NCBI RefSeq assembly: GCF_036588685.1
Contig: NC_086384.1
Span: 35,650,001 to 35,714,000, forward strand
Direction: 5' to 3'
From: Mytilus trossulus
Taxonomy: Eukaryota
DNA: 64,000 nucleotides
Numbering within the stretch: the first letter of the stretch is position 1; every line of letters begins with the position of its first letter. Position numbers and translations under genes: made by a program. Shown here in pieces: positions 1 to 12,500 of the stretch. Under the pieces are notes generated by a model that did not search any database, was not told the origin of the DNA, and saw nothing but the letters and a program-made list of their open reading frames with translations.

Positions 1-1654
1 AATTGTTGTGGTTTTTCCTCTTGGAAAATAGAACGACGGATACAGCTGTACAATTGAAGAATGTGTCCGGAAATCAGAACATATTGTTTTAGTAATAAAA
101 GTTTTTATTTTAACTGAAATTAGGTTTTACAATTTATAGTCTAAATTAACAGGAATGGCGAATAGATGCAATATTTTAAAATTGTTCTTTTAAAATGATG
201 GAATTTGTTGTACAACGTGATTATATGAGAGATGTTTATACATATAATCCCAATAAATCGACCTTTTCAACATATTATGATATGAGCTAACAAATATTAG
301 ATTAATGAACGGCTTAATTTCTAGTACATGACCAAAATATTATTTCTAAACGAATCCAGAGTCCTCATGAATAGCCAATGGAAATGTCGTATTATCATCC
401 CATAATGCTCTACTATCCAATCAAATAAACGCAGTTTTCGCATAACATTATGTGCAGTATGATACTAAAATAATCTCTTCATACAATAATTAGATAAATA
501 GCCACAACCATCAGAAAATATTTATTTCTCATATGGTAACGCATAATTTTACCGCAAAGTTGTAATTCTTTGTTGATTTGATATGTTGTTTTGGATTAGT
601 GATTCATTTTCTATAAATAAAGCAACAGTATATACCTTTTGTTGTATATACATGTATTAACATCTGACACCTTTCTAGTAAAAGCCAGAATTGGTATCTT
701 CAACGTATACATACATATGTTTGATAACCTGCTAATTTGGTTACCTTTAAAGTAGAAGTGTTTTTCACTTTCCTTTACAAATAAGTCGAATTCCTCTTTT
801 TTGCAGAATCCTTTATACATCAACAATTATCGAGGTAAGCAGGTAGCAAGTATTTATCTTATATAAGTTTACAGTTTTTTTATGATTTCGTACCGAAAGT
901 AACTGAATTATATTTATAATAATGTAGTAATGTTGAAACTCAAGGTGCATTCGATTATTTTTAAACATATAAACACAGTCGAATATTTTTTAATATGGAC
1001 ACACGTCTATTTATGTCCCTATATAACGTGGAATTTATTAATCCGGATTCATTGTTTGCATATTTTGAGCCAAGCAAACAAAACCGCTTGGTCTTTCCGT
1101 TTTAAATTTTCCTCGGAGTTCAGTATTTTTGTGATTTTACTTTTAGGTATGATTTGAATGACTTTGTTTTATTTATAAATATTGACTTCCAGAGGAAATT
1201 GGTTTTTTTATAACAATAATTTGCTAGTGATAAAAATATTTACAAAAGTAACATTCAAACATGCATATATACTCTTATACCACAGATATATTTCAGAGAA
1301 ATGACATTTAACATGTTAAATTGGTATGGTTTAAATAATTTTGATTTGATCATTTTCCTTTTTTACAGACTCCACTTTAGTTAGGAAAACAACATGTCAA
1401 AGTCACTACGTGATACCTTTCATATCCGTATTTCTTAAAAAAGATTGATTTGTGTACCTATTATTAACAAAATATCACTAAACATAATTACATTTTTATA
1501 TGACTTATTTTTATTTTTTGTGACGTATAAGGTTCAATTGAAATGGAGAGTCCAGGAAACAGAGTAGATTGACACTGTAAGATAATTGGAATAATACTAT
1601 TACTTCATGCTAGTCAACACATTCTTAACCAGGTCAAACAAACTTTTGTTTATA

Positions 1655-1866
1655 TAGATTAGACCATTGGTTTTCCCGTTTGAATGGTTTTACACTAGCA
1701 ATTTTGGGGCCCTTTATAGCTTGTTGTTCGGTGTGAGCCAAGGCTCCGTGTTGAAGGCCGTACTTTAACCTATAATGGTTTAATTTGCCCCCTGCAATGG
1801 TTTTAAATTGTTATTTGGATGGAGAGTTGTCTCATTGGCACTCACACCACATCTTCCTATATCTAT
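1655..1866 (+). mobile_element. SINE-like/retroelement 3' tail family (copies at 12427-12620, 59203-60570 split, 60965-61070)
   Basis: Shared GGGCCCTTTATAGCTTG...GGAGAGTTGTCTCATTGGCACTCACACCACATCTTC. Confidence 0.75.
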
Positions 1867-4477
1867 TGTATGCGATTTTAAATACTTAACGCTTATATGA
1901 TCTAATTTAGACATGTGGCACATATTTATGCTTTCATTTGTTTAGCAATTCATTATGAACCGGTAAAATTCTATAGTTAGTTTCAAGAAAACAATCAAAC
2001 AAAAACAATCATTGTAAAATTATCAAAACTTTTCTTCATTCAACAGTTGAAAAGTACTGGTTAAATCATGACATAACCTCTTGTAAAACTAATTGCCAAA
2101 AAAAACCAAACGAATACTATTAAACTCATGGAACAACAGCACTGGTAAAAGTCCCGTGCGCTACGCGCAATCGTAAACTACTGTGTTGATTGGTCAATGG
2201 CAAAAATAAATTTTTCTTTTCATTAGATATTCTATGAAATAATAAATACACTTACGTTAGTTATTGAAATTAAGAAAGAGTCTAAATAACAACTTTTTAT
2301 AATTGGGTGGGTTAAGATATAAGCATATGAATGATACTATTTAATTGATAGTGATCTGTAATTTTACTGCTAGAAAATGCGTAGAAGACGTAATGCGCGT
2401 TTTGCATAATTAATTAGTCCTTGTTGATTTAATTCCCCACTTGAATTCCGTCATCCATTTGACTATAATTAATACAGAAACAAAACAATAATAATAAAAA
2501 TACAATTAGCAGTAATAACAATGATATTAATTCAGTACAAAAATGCAAATAGTAAAATTATTATAACTTTATAATACAAACTCTGAGGAAAATTCAAAAT
2601 GAATTCATATAATTAGTATTTTCAAAGGGCTAAACTATCTATACATATTTAAGTTGCACATACTTTTGAACATGTTATTCGTGACATTATTTATATATAA
2701 ACTGTTCATAATTTTTTTTTTAATTCGGACAAAAATTGTACAATGAAAGGGCTTCTACTGCAATTTTCCAATGTTAAAAATATGTTCAAAGGATTTACTC
2801 TTTCAAAATTAGTTGATCGGCCCTAATTGTCGAACTTTTATTAGACAATGATGATATAAACCGTTGTTATATGTTTTTCATTAATCTGACTAGAATTCTT
2901 CATAGGAGACCCCTAACAAGAACAGATAGAACGACAAACGAACGGACGGTATTTCTATGTCCCCTACATCATTTCGAGCGGCAGACAATACGATTACTTA
3001 TTGAAATATACAAATTACTTGATGATTACACTTTACCTGTTCGAAAGAAAAAAAAACACTTGTGAAAGGAACACTATTATTTACGTGTATTTATAGTAAA
3101 TGGCATTTAGGTAAAACCAAAAATTAAATCAGTTGTTGAACAATATTTATAATCCAAATCTTTTTTTCATACTAAAATCCTAGTAACGAACTTAACATTA
3201 AATATGTGTCCGATACATTTAACTACACATCAACTCAAGCGAAAAAGATCCGGTGTTTAACAATATTTAAATATCGTTCACAAAGTACAATCCAATGAAT
3301 GGAAAACTATTGTTGCAGTGTATGACATGATTGTGAAGTCTCTTATTTTGTATGTTATATCCTCTTCAACAAAAAAATGTATTATGACGATTTCTCAAAT
3401 CAACAAATACTTGCTTTGATAAAATAGAGCAATATAGCAACTACCGAATATCCTGGTGCAGAAGTACACAGTAAATGTATATACATGTATAGTAAATATA
3501 TTAATTACATGTCATATTAAACAAAAAATAGATCCGCTGTTTAAAAATATATAAATATAGTTTACAATACAAAAAGTCATTGTAAGGAAAACTAGTGTTG
3601 AAGTTTATCATACTCTCTTTTCTCGTATGTCATATCCCGTATGAAACTAGCATTCATTATGCAAATTTTAAAGAGCTTTATGTTTCCAAAACGTTGAGTA
3701 AAGATGTACACTATCAAACATCCTGGTGACAAAGTAAACACCTTTTTTAATTAAAAACAGCCAACAAAATTTATAATTGTTTAACCTTATAATAATAATA
3801 TATCTATTATTGTATTTAGGATAAAAGAAAATATATTATATATAATTTATATCAAAAAGGGATCAAATTGAATAATTAATAAAATTGTTTTTCTGATTAG
3901 TGGAGAGGCAAACCCATGAATAAGATCCCACCTAGATAGAGGTTTTAAATTCTTAGTAACATTTATTCAAAATTGAAACATCCTGTTTAACTTAAATAGC
4001 ATGGCCTTTCGAATATACTAGATAAGTTTAAGTTTAAGAATTTAAGAAAATAGAGCTTTCTTTTTACCTGTTAACATGGTAAAACACACATGTACTGAGG
4101 TAATTATACCATATGAAAGTGTTTAATTTATGCAATGTCTTTAATTTGACCAAAACATACTTGAATTAATTGAAATACATTTGTACTGTTACTTTGATCC
4201 ACATTTCCTTTTAGGTTTTATCAAGGATTGCATGAAATACTTCCCAAATATTCATAAAATTTTGAATAATATTGAAAGTATAAGTCACAATTCATTTTTT
4301 AGATTATTTGATCAGCTTGTTTTATTTATACTCTAAAAGTTGATATATATTATTATGTAAGTGTTGATTAATATTGTGTTAAAGTTAAACTGAGATTGAA
4401 AATTGTTAAATTTCAATTTCAATACTATATTGAATACATAAATTTTGAAAAAATTCAGTCGATTGATACAAAGAATA

Positions 4478-4730
4478 AGTCTAGGTTGGTTAAGACTTGG
4501 TCGAGTAATGTTCAGACATGGTAGAGTATGGTTTAGACTAGGTCGAGTATAGTTCAGACTAGGTCGGTCGAGCATGGTCCAGACTCGTATAAAATGGTCA
4601 AGTACAAATTCAGACTGTTAGGTATGGTTACGACTACAGTCGAGTATTATCAAGTAAATTTCAGACCAATTCAGACTGGTCGAGTAAAAATCAGTACAGT
4701 CGAGTACAGATAAAAGCCATTTCAGACTTT
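4478..4730. repeat. Degenerate array of GTCGAGTA..TTCAGACT motifs (about 22-bp period)
   Basis: About 10 imperfect copies; probably subterminal repeats of a DNA transposon. Confidence 0.7.
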
Positions 4731-5699
4731 TACTGGTTTGTAGTGAATGTTGATAGTATGTTTATATTTAGTTTTGCAAATTTTAATTGCTTTATATCAT
4801 GCATGTTATGTGTTTGTTCTTTATCCACTACGTTTTAAAATCAACTCCGATGCAAGCTGATGTGTGATTTGAATGCTATTTAATACAATGCTTACTTAAA
4901 GTTAAAAGTTCTTTTTCGACACCTTTCTATTTTATATCATTCTGTGGAATGGTTTAACTCACCTTGTTGACCTTAGCTAACGTATGATTATTTAACTCGC
5001 CTTTTGATACTATGTCAATATTAGGATTGAAAACGTATTCGATAATACGCTGACTTATGACTCATCTTATCTTTCTAACCCTTTTGAAGCATGGCTAACA
5101 CCCGCAATAATACCAGGCTACCGCATGGTTTACTTGATAACCCGATCTTTTCCAAGATATAGAAACAGATTGGAATTGAAACTTGTATCTACATGTATGC
5201 TTAATGTCAACTTTAAATCTCTCAGTATTGTATGAAGGATTACATATCTCTGTTAATACGTTGCGTTCGTGAATATTCACACTGTACAGACTGTGATGGC
5301 AGAGCAGTGCCCCGTACACAATTTTCTCTAATGTTTAAACGATTTATTAAGTTTGACAACGACATTTTCATCGTTGTATATTAATTCTAATAATGAAAAT
5401 CTTCATCTTACTAATAATGCCTGCCAAAATTTTACTTTGATTCTTTACATAAATACACTTATGTGCAGCATAGGTGACTTATTGGTACAACGAAAGACTA
5501 AATTTTAATTGTATTCAGTCTTGTGTTATCATGTTTTGTAAATTTTAGAAATATGTAAAAAAAATAGTTACGGATGGTACATATGTGATTACCTAACTTG
5601 AAACTCATTGGAAATTTGCAATTGATAAGGAGGCGCTACTTCAAGCACATTTTTAATATCCAGCCTCTTTTCCAAATAGCTGACAAAGGAAGAACACAC

Positions 5700-6665
5700 A
5701 GAAATTTGGTGACATTCAATTTCCATAAAATATTTAATTTAAGATTTATGAAAGATGGATACAACAGAGAAAATACAAGTGTCAGAGATGGGGCATACAA
5801 GAATATGTATTTCAGAAAAGCACAAGAAATAAATAAAAGGATAAAAAACGTGGTTGAAAAATCATCGAAATTTATCTTTCGGGATCATGACACGACACAT
5901 AAATATTCATGCAAAGATCAATTTTTTTCCGATGGAGTACATCTGAATACAAAAGGTCAATACCATTGATACAAGAGGAGCAGTTATCATTGCCTGCAAA
6001 GAGATTAAATAAGGGAACGGAAATTTACACGTATCTGAACCGCACTCGAAAATTTTGTAATATTTTGAAAACTTCCGGTGGATAATCGCAACTGGCGCTA
6101 ACCATAAATTAATTCAAAATAACATCACAAAGCAGAAACTTGCATTATTGAATACAAACAAACAGTATAACGGATGAGGATCGTCCAGATTTATTTAATT
6201 ATTCAAACAGGTTAACAATAACATGAATAGTCAAGCTGAAATACAAAGGAAAAATAGACAAATACAATAAAACAAAATAGTCCTATTGTAATATTATTTA
6301 TGATTGAAAGTTTTGTATTAAGTTTACATTAGTATATTCCAGACAATACCTTAAAAAAAACAATCCTCGTATGGAGTGGCAGGTGCCATTTAGAAAATGA
6401 CGACTGCTGCCCAGAGGAAGAAAACTTCAACCGCTATACCAAGTGGGCCTTCAATCCCCCTAAATAATGCACCAGTTATATCACCAGATGTCATGGAGGA
6501 GTTGACCAATAGGGTAACATAAAGGGTAGCTAGCCGTATGGAAAAGAGGATGTAGGAAATTTTTGACAAGATAGCTTAAAAAATAATGGATATTCAGATG
6601 TTAAGGCGGCTGAGGTCCAAAGTCATGTGGACAATCTGAACAGAAACATCCAACTTGAAGGTAAT
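5700..6665 (+). mobile_element. Possible DIRS/Ngaro-type relic (SGNH-like and Gag-like fragments)
   Basis: FFSDGVHLNTKG matches the SGNH block V DxxH pattern; a stop-interrupted coding-like stretch lies at 6397-6660. Confidence 0.35.
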
Positions 6666-6779
6666 TGAGAGCAAAACAATTATAGTAACAATTTAGTTGT
6701 CAAACATATTATTGATATATGAGAGATTGTAAACTCTTCAAGTTCGCAATCTTCGTTTTAAAATTGTCATTTTGTACAA

Positions 6780-7180
6780 TAATGATCTGGTTTCCAGCCG
6801 TAGTTTGTATGTAGGCTTGTCCTCACGATTGTTCAATATTCAAGAATAAGATTATTTGGAATCAAACCTTCATGAATTTTACGGACGCCTTAACGAGCTG
6901 GTTAGCCGTTATTGAATATCTGTTTCACAGATGAAAGATAATAACATTAGCAACACGACGTATGCCACATGTGGAGCAGGATCTGCTTACCAAACTCGAG
7001 CACCTGAAATTACCCACCAAGTTTTGATAGGGTTCGTGTTGCTTAGTCTTTATTTTTCTATGATGTGTTTTGTTTATCATTGTTTGACAGTTTGTCCCTC
7101 TTTCTTTTGTAGCAATGGCGTTATCAGTTTATTTTAGATTAATGACTTTTAATGTCCTTCTGGTATCTTTCGTTCCTTTT
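6780..7180 (+). mobile_element. Penelope-like 3' end fragment (tail copies also at 33130-33265, 43674-44003, 47760-47960)
   Basis: GAGCAGGATCTGCTTACC...GGTATCTTTCGT tail, same family as 50390-50600. Confidence 0.75.
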
Positions 7181-7585
7181 CAATTAGACATACAATGAAA
7201 GAGTTTAGCCCTAGGGTATCACCTGTTTTTCATTTGCACGAATAATCCGGTGTTTATCCTGACTGAGAAAGACTTTCAACATTGCACATTACGAAGTCTC
7301 GTTTATGTTCATGTGACCTCTTTATGCTACATCAAAAAAAAATTCTTAAACAATTTTCCACAGTTTTCCCTTTTTTTGTATTATATTTAAACCTCAATAA
7401 CTCATTAATTAAGATCTGTGATGTCTAATGAGCAATAACAATTCAATATTTCAATTTGTAATCATGTTTTTTTCAAATTAGTAGAGAATCTCATTAGGTT
7501 CATGTATATACATGCATATTAGATATGTTGCTATATATTTATGACCAGTTGCCATGTTAATCTGCATTGATTTGTTTATTAGATT

Positions 7586-8173
7586 AACTAGATGTGTCAA
7601 AGCGACACAAATGGCTCCGTCTCAAAAAGTTGAAAAATCTGCAATTTCAGTAACACATGTGGACACAAACATAATATTGGTAGTCTATATCACCAATCAG
7701 CTCAAAATGGCGTATAGAGAAAAACAAATCTGTATAACTATGATTTTTAACAATTTTCAAAGTTGTCAACCCTTAACTTTGACAAAAATTAGCGGCACGG
7801 AGCGAAACTTTAACTTGATCTGTAACTCATCTTGGTTCAGTCACATATAAAAAATCAGCCCAATATGTGAAAGCGTTTAGAAAAAAAAGTCTGTATAACT
7901 ATGATTTGCAACAATTTATCAAAGTCCATAGCCTGTAATTTAGACAAAAAACTAGCCTAGCGAAACAGAACTTTAACTTGATCTGTAACTCGTCATAGTT
8001 AGCTCACATACATAAAATCAGCGCAATAGCTTAAGGCGTTTAGAAAAAAAACTTCGTATAATGGTTTGTTGCGGAATGACGGAATGACGGCATTATGGAA
8101 TTTCGGAATAACGGAATTTCGGACAAGGGAACAAATACATGGCACCGACAACGTCGTTGCGGGGCCATAAAAA
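7586..8173 (-). mobile_element. HINE-like element with about 162-bp core tandem repeats
   Basis: Hairpin TGTGTC..GACACA at one end; two full core repeats (about 7715-8045); CGGAAT microsatellite; ATGGCACCG..CGGGGCCAT inverted repeat plus A-run at the other end. Confidence 0.65.
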
Positions 8174-9029
8174 ACAAGAGTTATTCCTCTTTAAACGAAT
8201 CACTCACTCTACCTTTGCTCATTATTTGTTGTAAAGTTGATGTTGGTTTTCCACATTACCAATCAACAATAAGGTCTGAGGTAAATATTTGTATTTCGTT
8301 TTTATTATATTTATTTTGTCTTTGTGATCCATAATAATTGACAGCAAACTTACAATGATTACAACAATAAAATAAAAGTAAAAACACCATGATTTTCAAC
8401 TAAACGGAGTCAACATATCTCTTGATTGTACCTTTTTGTATCCCCCCCCCCAGAAGCATGTGTCACCCGCCCCTTTTTGTGTCTGTCCCAAGTATGGAGC
8501 CTCTGGCCTCTGCTAGTCTTGTTTTTGTTTTATCAATATGAGTTCATTTAAATGTTTTGGAGTTTAATTAGTGTGACGTCATTTTCACTGAACTAATACA
8601 CATTTATTTTCAGGGACCAGTTGAGGAACACCTCCGGGTGTAAAGACCCATTGTTGGCCTATGGTTGTTGTCTGCTCTTTTGTTGGGTTTATGTCTCTTT
8701 GACTACTAGACTTCTTATGCAGCGAACACAACTACACACACAACGTGGCACACATATATATTATAGAAGCTAACATACGACCTGTGTGTTTATGAAATAT
8801 ATATTGGAAGTCAAATACAAGTGTGTAACATCGATAGATATTTCAAAATTTTTTTTTTCAAATATATAATACATCGAATATTTGATGCCTCCTCGTGTCT
8901 GTGTTGATATCAAAGTATTAATAAATATAGTGTGTGATGTATCAATTTAAAGATAATTATTCATTAGAATATAAAGAGAAATACCAAGTTGTAAAGTTTT
9001 AATTTTGAAATGAACAAACTAGTAAAGTG

Positions 9030-9035
9030 TTTATT
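9030..9035 (-). terminator. Candidate polyadenylation signal of EPDR-A
   Basis: AATAAA on the minus strand just beyond the 3'UTR tandem repeat; AT-rich context makes it weak. Confidence 0.3.
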
Positions 9036-9110
9036 TGCAAGTAAGAAGTGTTCATTTTGCTAAACTTGAAAAGGTTAGAGATTTTGTTTGAAACACTTGA
9101 AAAGCGTGAG

Positions 9111-9500
9111 GATTTCTCTAAAGTTATGTAAGCCAGGTCGTCTGACATCAGATAGAAGGATTTCTCTAAAGTTGTATAAGCCAGGTCGTTCTGACGTCAG
9201 ATAGAAGGATTTCTCTAAAGTTGTATAAGCCAGGTCTTCTGACATCAGATAGAAGGATTTCTCTAAAGTTGTATAAGCCAGGTCATTCTGACGTCAGATA
9301 GAAGGATTTCTCTAAAGTTGTATAAGCCAGGTATTCTGACATCAGATAGAAGGATTTCTCTAAAGTTGTATAAGCCAGGTCTTCTGACATCAGATAGAAG
9401 GATTTCTCTAAAGTTCTTTAAGCCAGGTCGTTCTGACGTCAGATAGAAGGATTTATCTAAAGATGTATAAACCAGGTCGTTCTCACGTCAGATAGAAGGA
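9111..9500. repeat. 48/49-bp tandem repeat x8 in the EPDR-A 3'UTR
   Basis: Unit GATTTCTCTAAAGTTGTATAAGCCAGGTCGTTCTGACGTCAGATAGAAG; unit starts at 9111, 9159, 9208, 9256, 9305, 9353, 9401 and 9450. Confidence 0.95.
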
Positions 9501-9523
9501 ACGAATGGCACATTTCTTACTTC
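9488..9523 (-). CDS. EPDR-A terminal exon 5 (EVRNVPFVPSI*)
   Basis: TTTTACAG acceptor, phase 0, 11 codons then TGA; candidate AATAAA about 450 nt downstream at 9035-9030. Confidence 0.65.
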   Translation of the reverse strand, partial: EVRNVPFVPSI

Positions 9524-12500
9524 CTGTAAAATAATGCAAATTAACATTTCAATAAAAGCGTACAATAAAATGTCCCAACTTTCATGTATGTGTCTTTTAG
9601 TTTATACTATTTATAAAACATATTCCATAGTACACGGCCTTTAGTTTTGACCTACAATATACGGTACCTGAGAAACATGTTCGGTGCTATGCAAGATCAA
9701 CAAATGATTTTATTCCACTGTTATGGCCCGTTTTTGGCGTATTGAATTTTAAACCTGATGCCTTTTGTTGTCTATTAATCATGGGTTTCTTTGGCTAATA
9801 CGTACTCCTATTTTTTGTTGTTGTAGTCCTGTAATAGTATGTTGTCATTTCAATGTTAAATGTATTGCCATTAAAGTGCGAGGTTTGACCAACCAGGTTC
9901 AACCCACCATTTTTATCGTTAAAAATGTCCTGTACCAAGTCAGGAAAATTGTCATTGTTATGTTCGTTTCTGTGTGTGTAACATTTTAACGTTGTGTTTC
10001 CGTTGTGTCATTTGTTTACTCTAATATTTGAGTGTGAATTCACATTACTATAAGACATGTCACAGTACTTTTCTATCCCAAATTCATGTATTTGGTTTTG
10101 ATGTTATATTTGTTATTCTCATCGGATTTTTTCTAATGCTTAGTCCGTTTCTGTGTGTGCTACCTTTTAATGTTGTGGCGTTGTTCTCCTCTTATATTTA
10201 ATGCGTTTCCCTCGGTTTGAGTTTGTTACCCCAATTTTGTTTTTGTCCATAGATTTACGAGTTTTGAACAGCGGTATACTACTGTTGCCTTTATTTATAC
10301 ATATAGATAGTTTAAACAGTATTTGATTAGTTGAGACTATCCCACGTGCCATTAAAAAAATTGTATATCTCCCTCAGGCATAGGAAATAAATGTAAAGTG
10401 TTTTCCTCAATCGAACTTAAGTTTTTGCTTAACGTCTATTGCTTCATGCAAATGAACATTTCGTGACAAGTGAACTCCTTGCGACTTGTTTTTTAAGGTT
10501 TTGTCTATTTTTGTTCAGTTATCTCTTTTTTGTTGCATTAATCAAGAAATAACATTTATTTCATTTACTTTTTGTCAAGATATTGTTTCGATTGAATTGT
10601 CATACTCATTGATACGTATGCGGATTGTAGTATATAGGACGTGAAAACAATCGTTTCTTACAATGGTGATTTTATTCACTGAAGTTTGAAATGTCAGTAT
10701 GGAAAGTCAACATAACACAGAAATAAAAGAAAAAGGGAAACTTCAAAAACTACAGGGAAATACAGAAGAGCGCTTCGGATGTATGATATTTATAAAATGA
10801 CTCATTTGCAACCATACCACTTCTTACTATATAAAACAATCCAGATTGGGGTTTGAACAATACTTACTCTTTTTCTCCTCGATGGCTGAAGATCTTGACA
10901 AGCCTGAGGCATTTCGAAAACTGAGGGGTCTGTAATGCCTTCTGTGAGTCCCATAAAACCCAAGCTAAAGACACCTTCTGGTGTAAGGATATTTTCAGAT
11001 AATGGGGCGCAGTCTTTTGTCGTCAATGACATGGTCATTTGGCCACCAGGAAATTGAATCAGATACATGTCAAAATCAACCGTGTCATTTAGTAAACCTT
11101 TATAGCTCGTCATCATTTTAGCAGAAGCTGAAAAATAGAAATACCATCATTGCAAATTAAAATATTTTAGAAATCTGGATTCATTATCGGATGATTACTA
11201 GAAAAATATCAAAATTGCGTAAATAAAAGTAAAAGAATAGTAAAAACATAAAACAAAACTGCTGCTGCTAATTGTACACCAGTAAATATTTATCAAATTC
11301 TAAATCTGGTACCTTTTGTTAGCTATTATTCGTGTTTCTCTGTACTTTATGTCTTCCTATTTATTTGTATTGTAGTCCTGTCATGTAATGTGGTCATTTT
11401 AATGTTATATTTAACATTGCCATAAAAGCGGGAGGTTTGGCATACCACAAAACCAGGTTCAAGCCACCCTTTGTTCTTCTCCTTAAAATGTCCTGTACTA
11501 AGTCAGGAAAATGGCCCTTGTTATATAGTTCTTTTCTGTGCGCGTTACATTTTAGTGTTGTGTTTCTGTTGTGTCGGACATTGTAGTTCTTTTCTTATAT
11601 TTGATGCATTTCACTTAGTTTCAGTTTGTAACCCGGATTTGTTTTTTACTCAATCGATTTATGAATTTCGAACAGCGGCATACTTCTGTTGCATTTATTT
11701 ATACTCATAGTAAAGTATCTGATGTTCATCTTTGTTTTGCCTTTTCATCCATTTTTGGTCGTTCATTGTATTTCCGTTTCTTTTCTACAGTTAATACCTT
11801 TAATCTATCCTTTGGAATCTTTAAGTTCATTGATTCAACTTATATAGTGACGGGGATATAATAGGGATGTCAGCCGAGAGTTCCAAGGTTTAAACTACAA
11901 TAACCAATAGAGCTAGGTTTTGACGATTCCGATAGTTGCATTGCCAACTATTGTTTAAAACTTGTGGTGCTATTGCATTGATATTCGCAAAACATTTAAG
12001 GAATGACTGTAATATTTTTTCTGTCTATGAAGAAATAACATAAAAAATGTTGTGTACACTAAATAACGCGCGTAGCGGGTTATCTAACAGTGTGCACCAC
12101 ATTTTTTATGTTATTTCGAATAGACAGAAAAAAATATTATAGTCATTTCTTATAATTTAATTCTAAATTCGATTTTAAACCGTAGAAAACCATGAAAAAA
12201 CGTTGATGACGTCTCGGTCACATGCCTAAATTATGTCTATAGGCTCATAAAAAATAACATCAGCCAATCAGAAGACACGTTGCATCCTTAATTAAATTAT
12301 GTGATGTTAAACAATTTCAACAATTGCAGTACATATCGTACATTTTCTCAAACCTAAAACTGAGCGTGTAGTCTATTCGAATCTAAATAGAAATGCTCGA
12401 CTCAGGCTAACATTTAACCTTTTCTTAGATATAGGAAGATGTGGTGTGAGTGCCAATGAGACAACTCTCCATCCAAATTACAATTTAAAAATTAAACCAT

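Noticed and set aside
9111-9500. CRISPR-like appearance of a palindromic repeat array
   Set aside because: No unique spacers and no cas genes; eukaryotic context. The same applies to 4478-4730, 23968-24245 and 54785-55023.
10802-10867. C-terminus VSIVQTPIW... given by the ORF track
   Set aside because: It begins with a canonical GTAAGT donor, so it is most likely intron.
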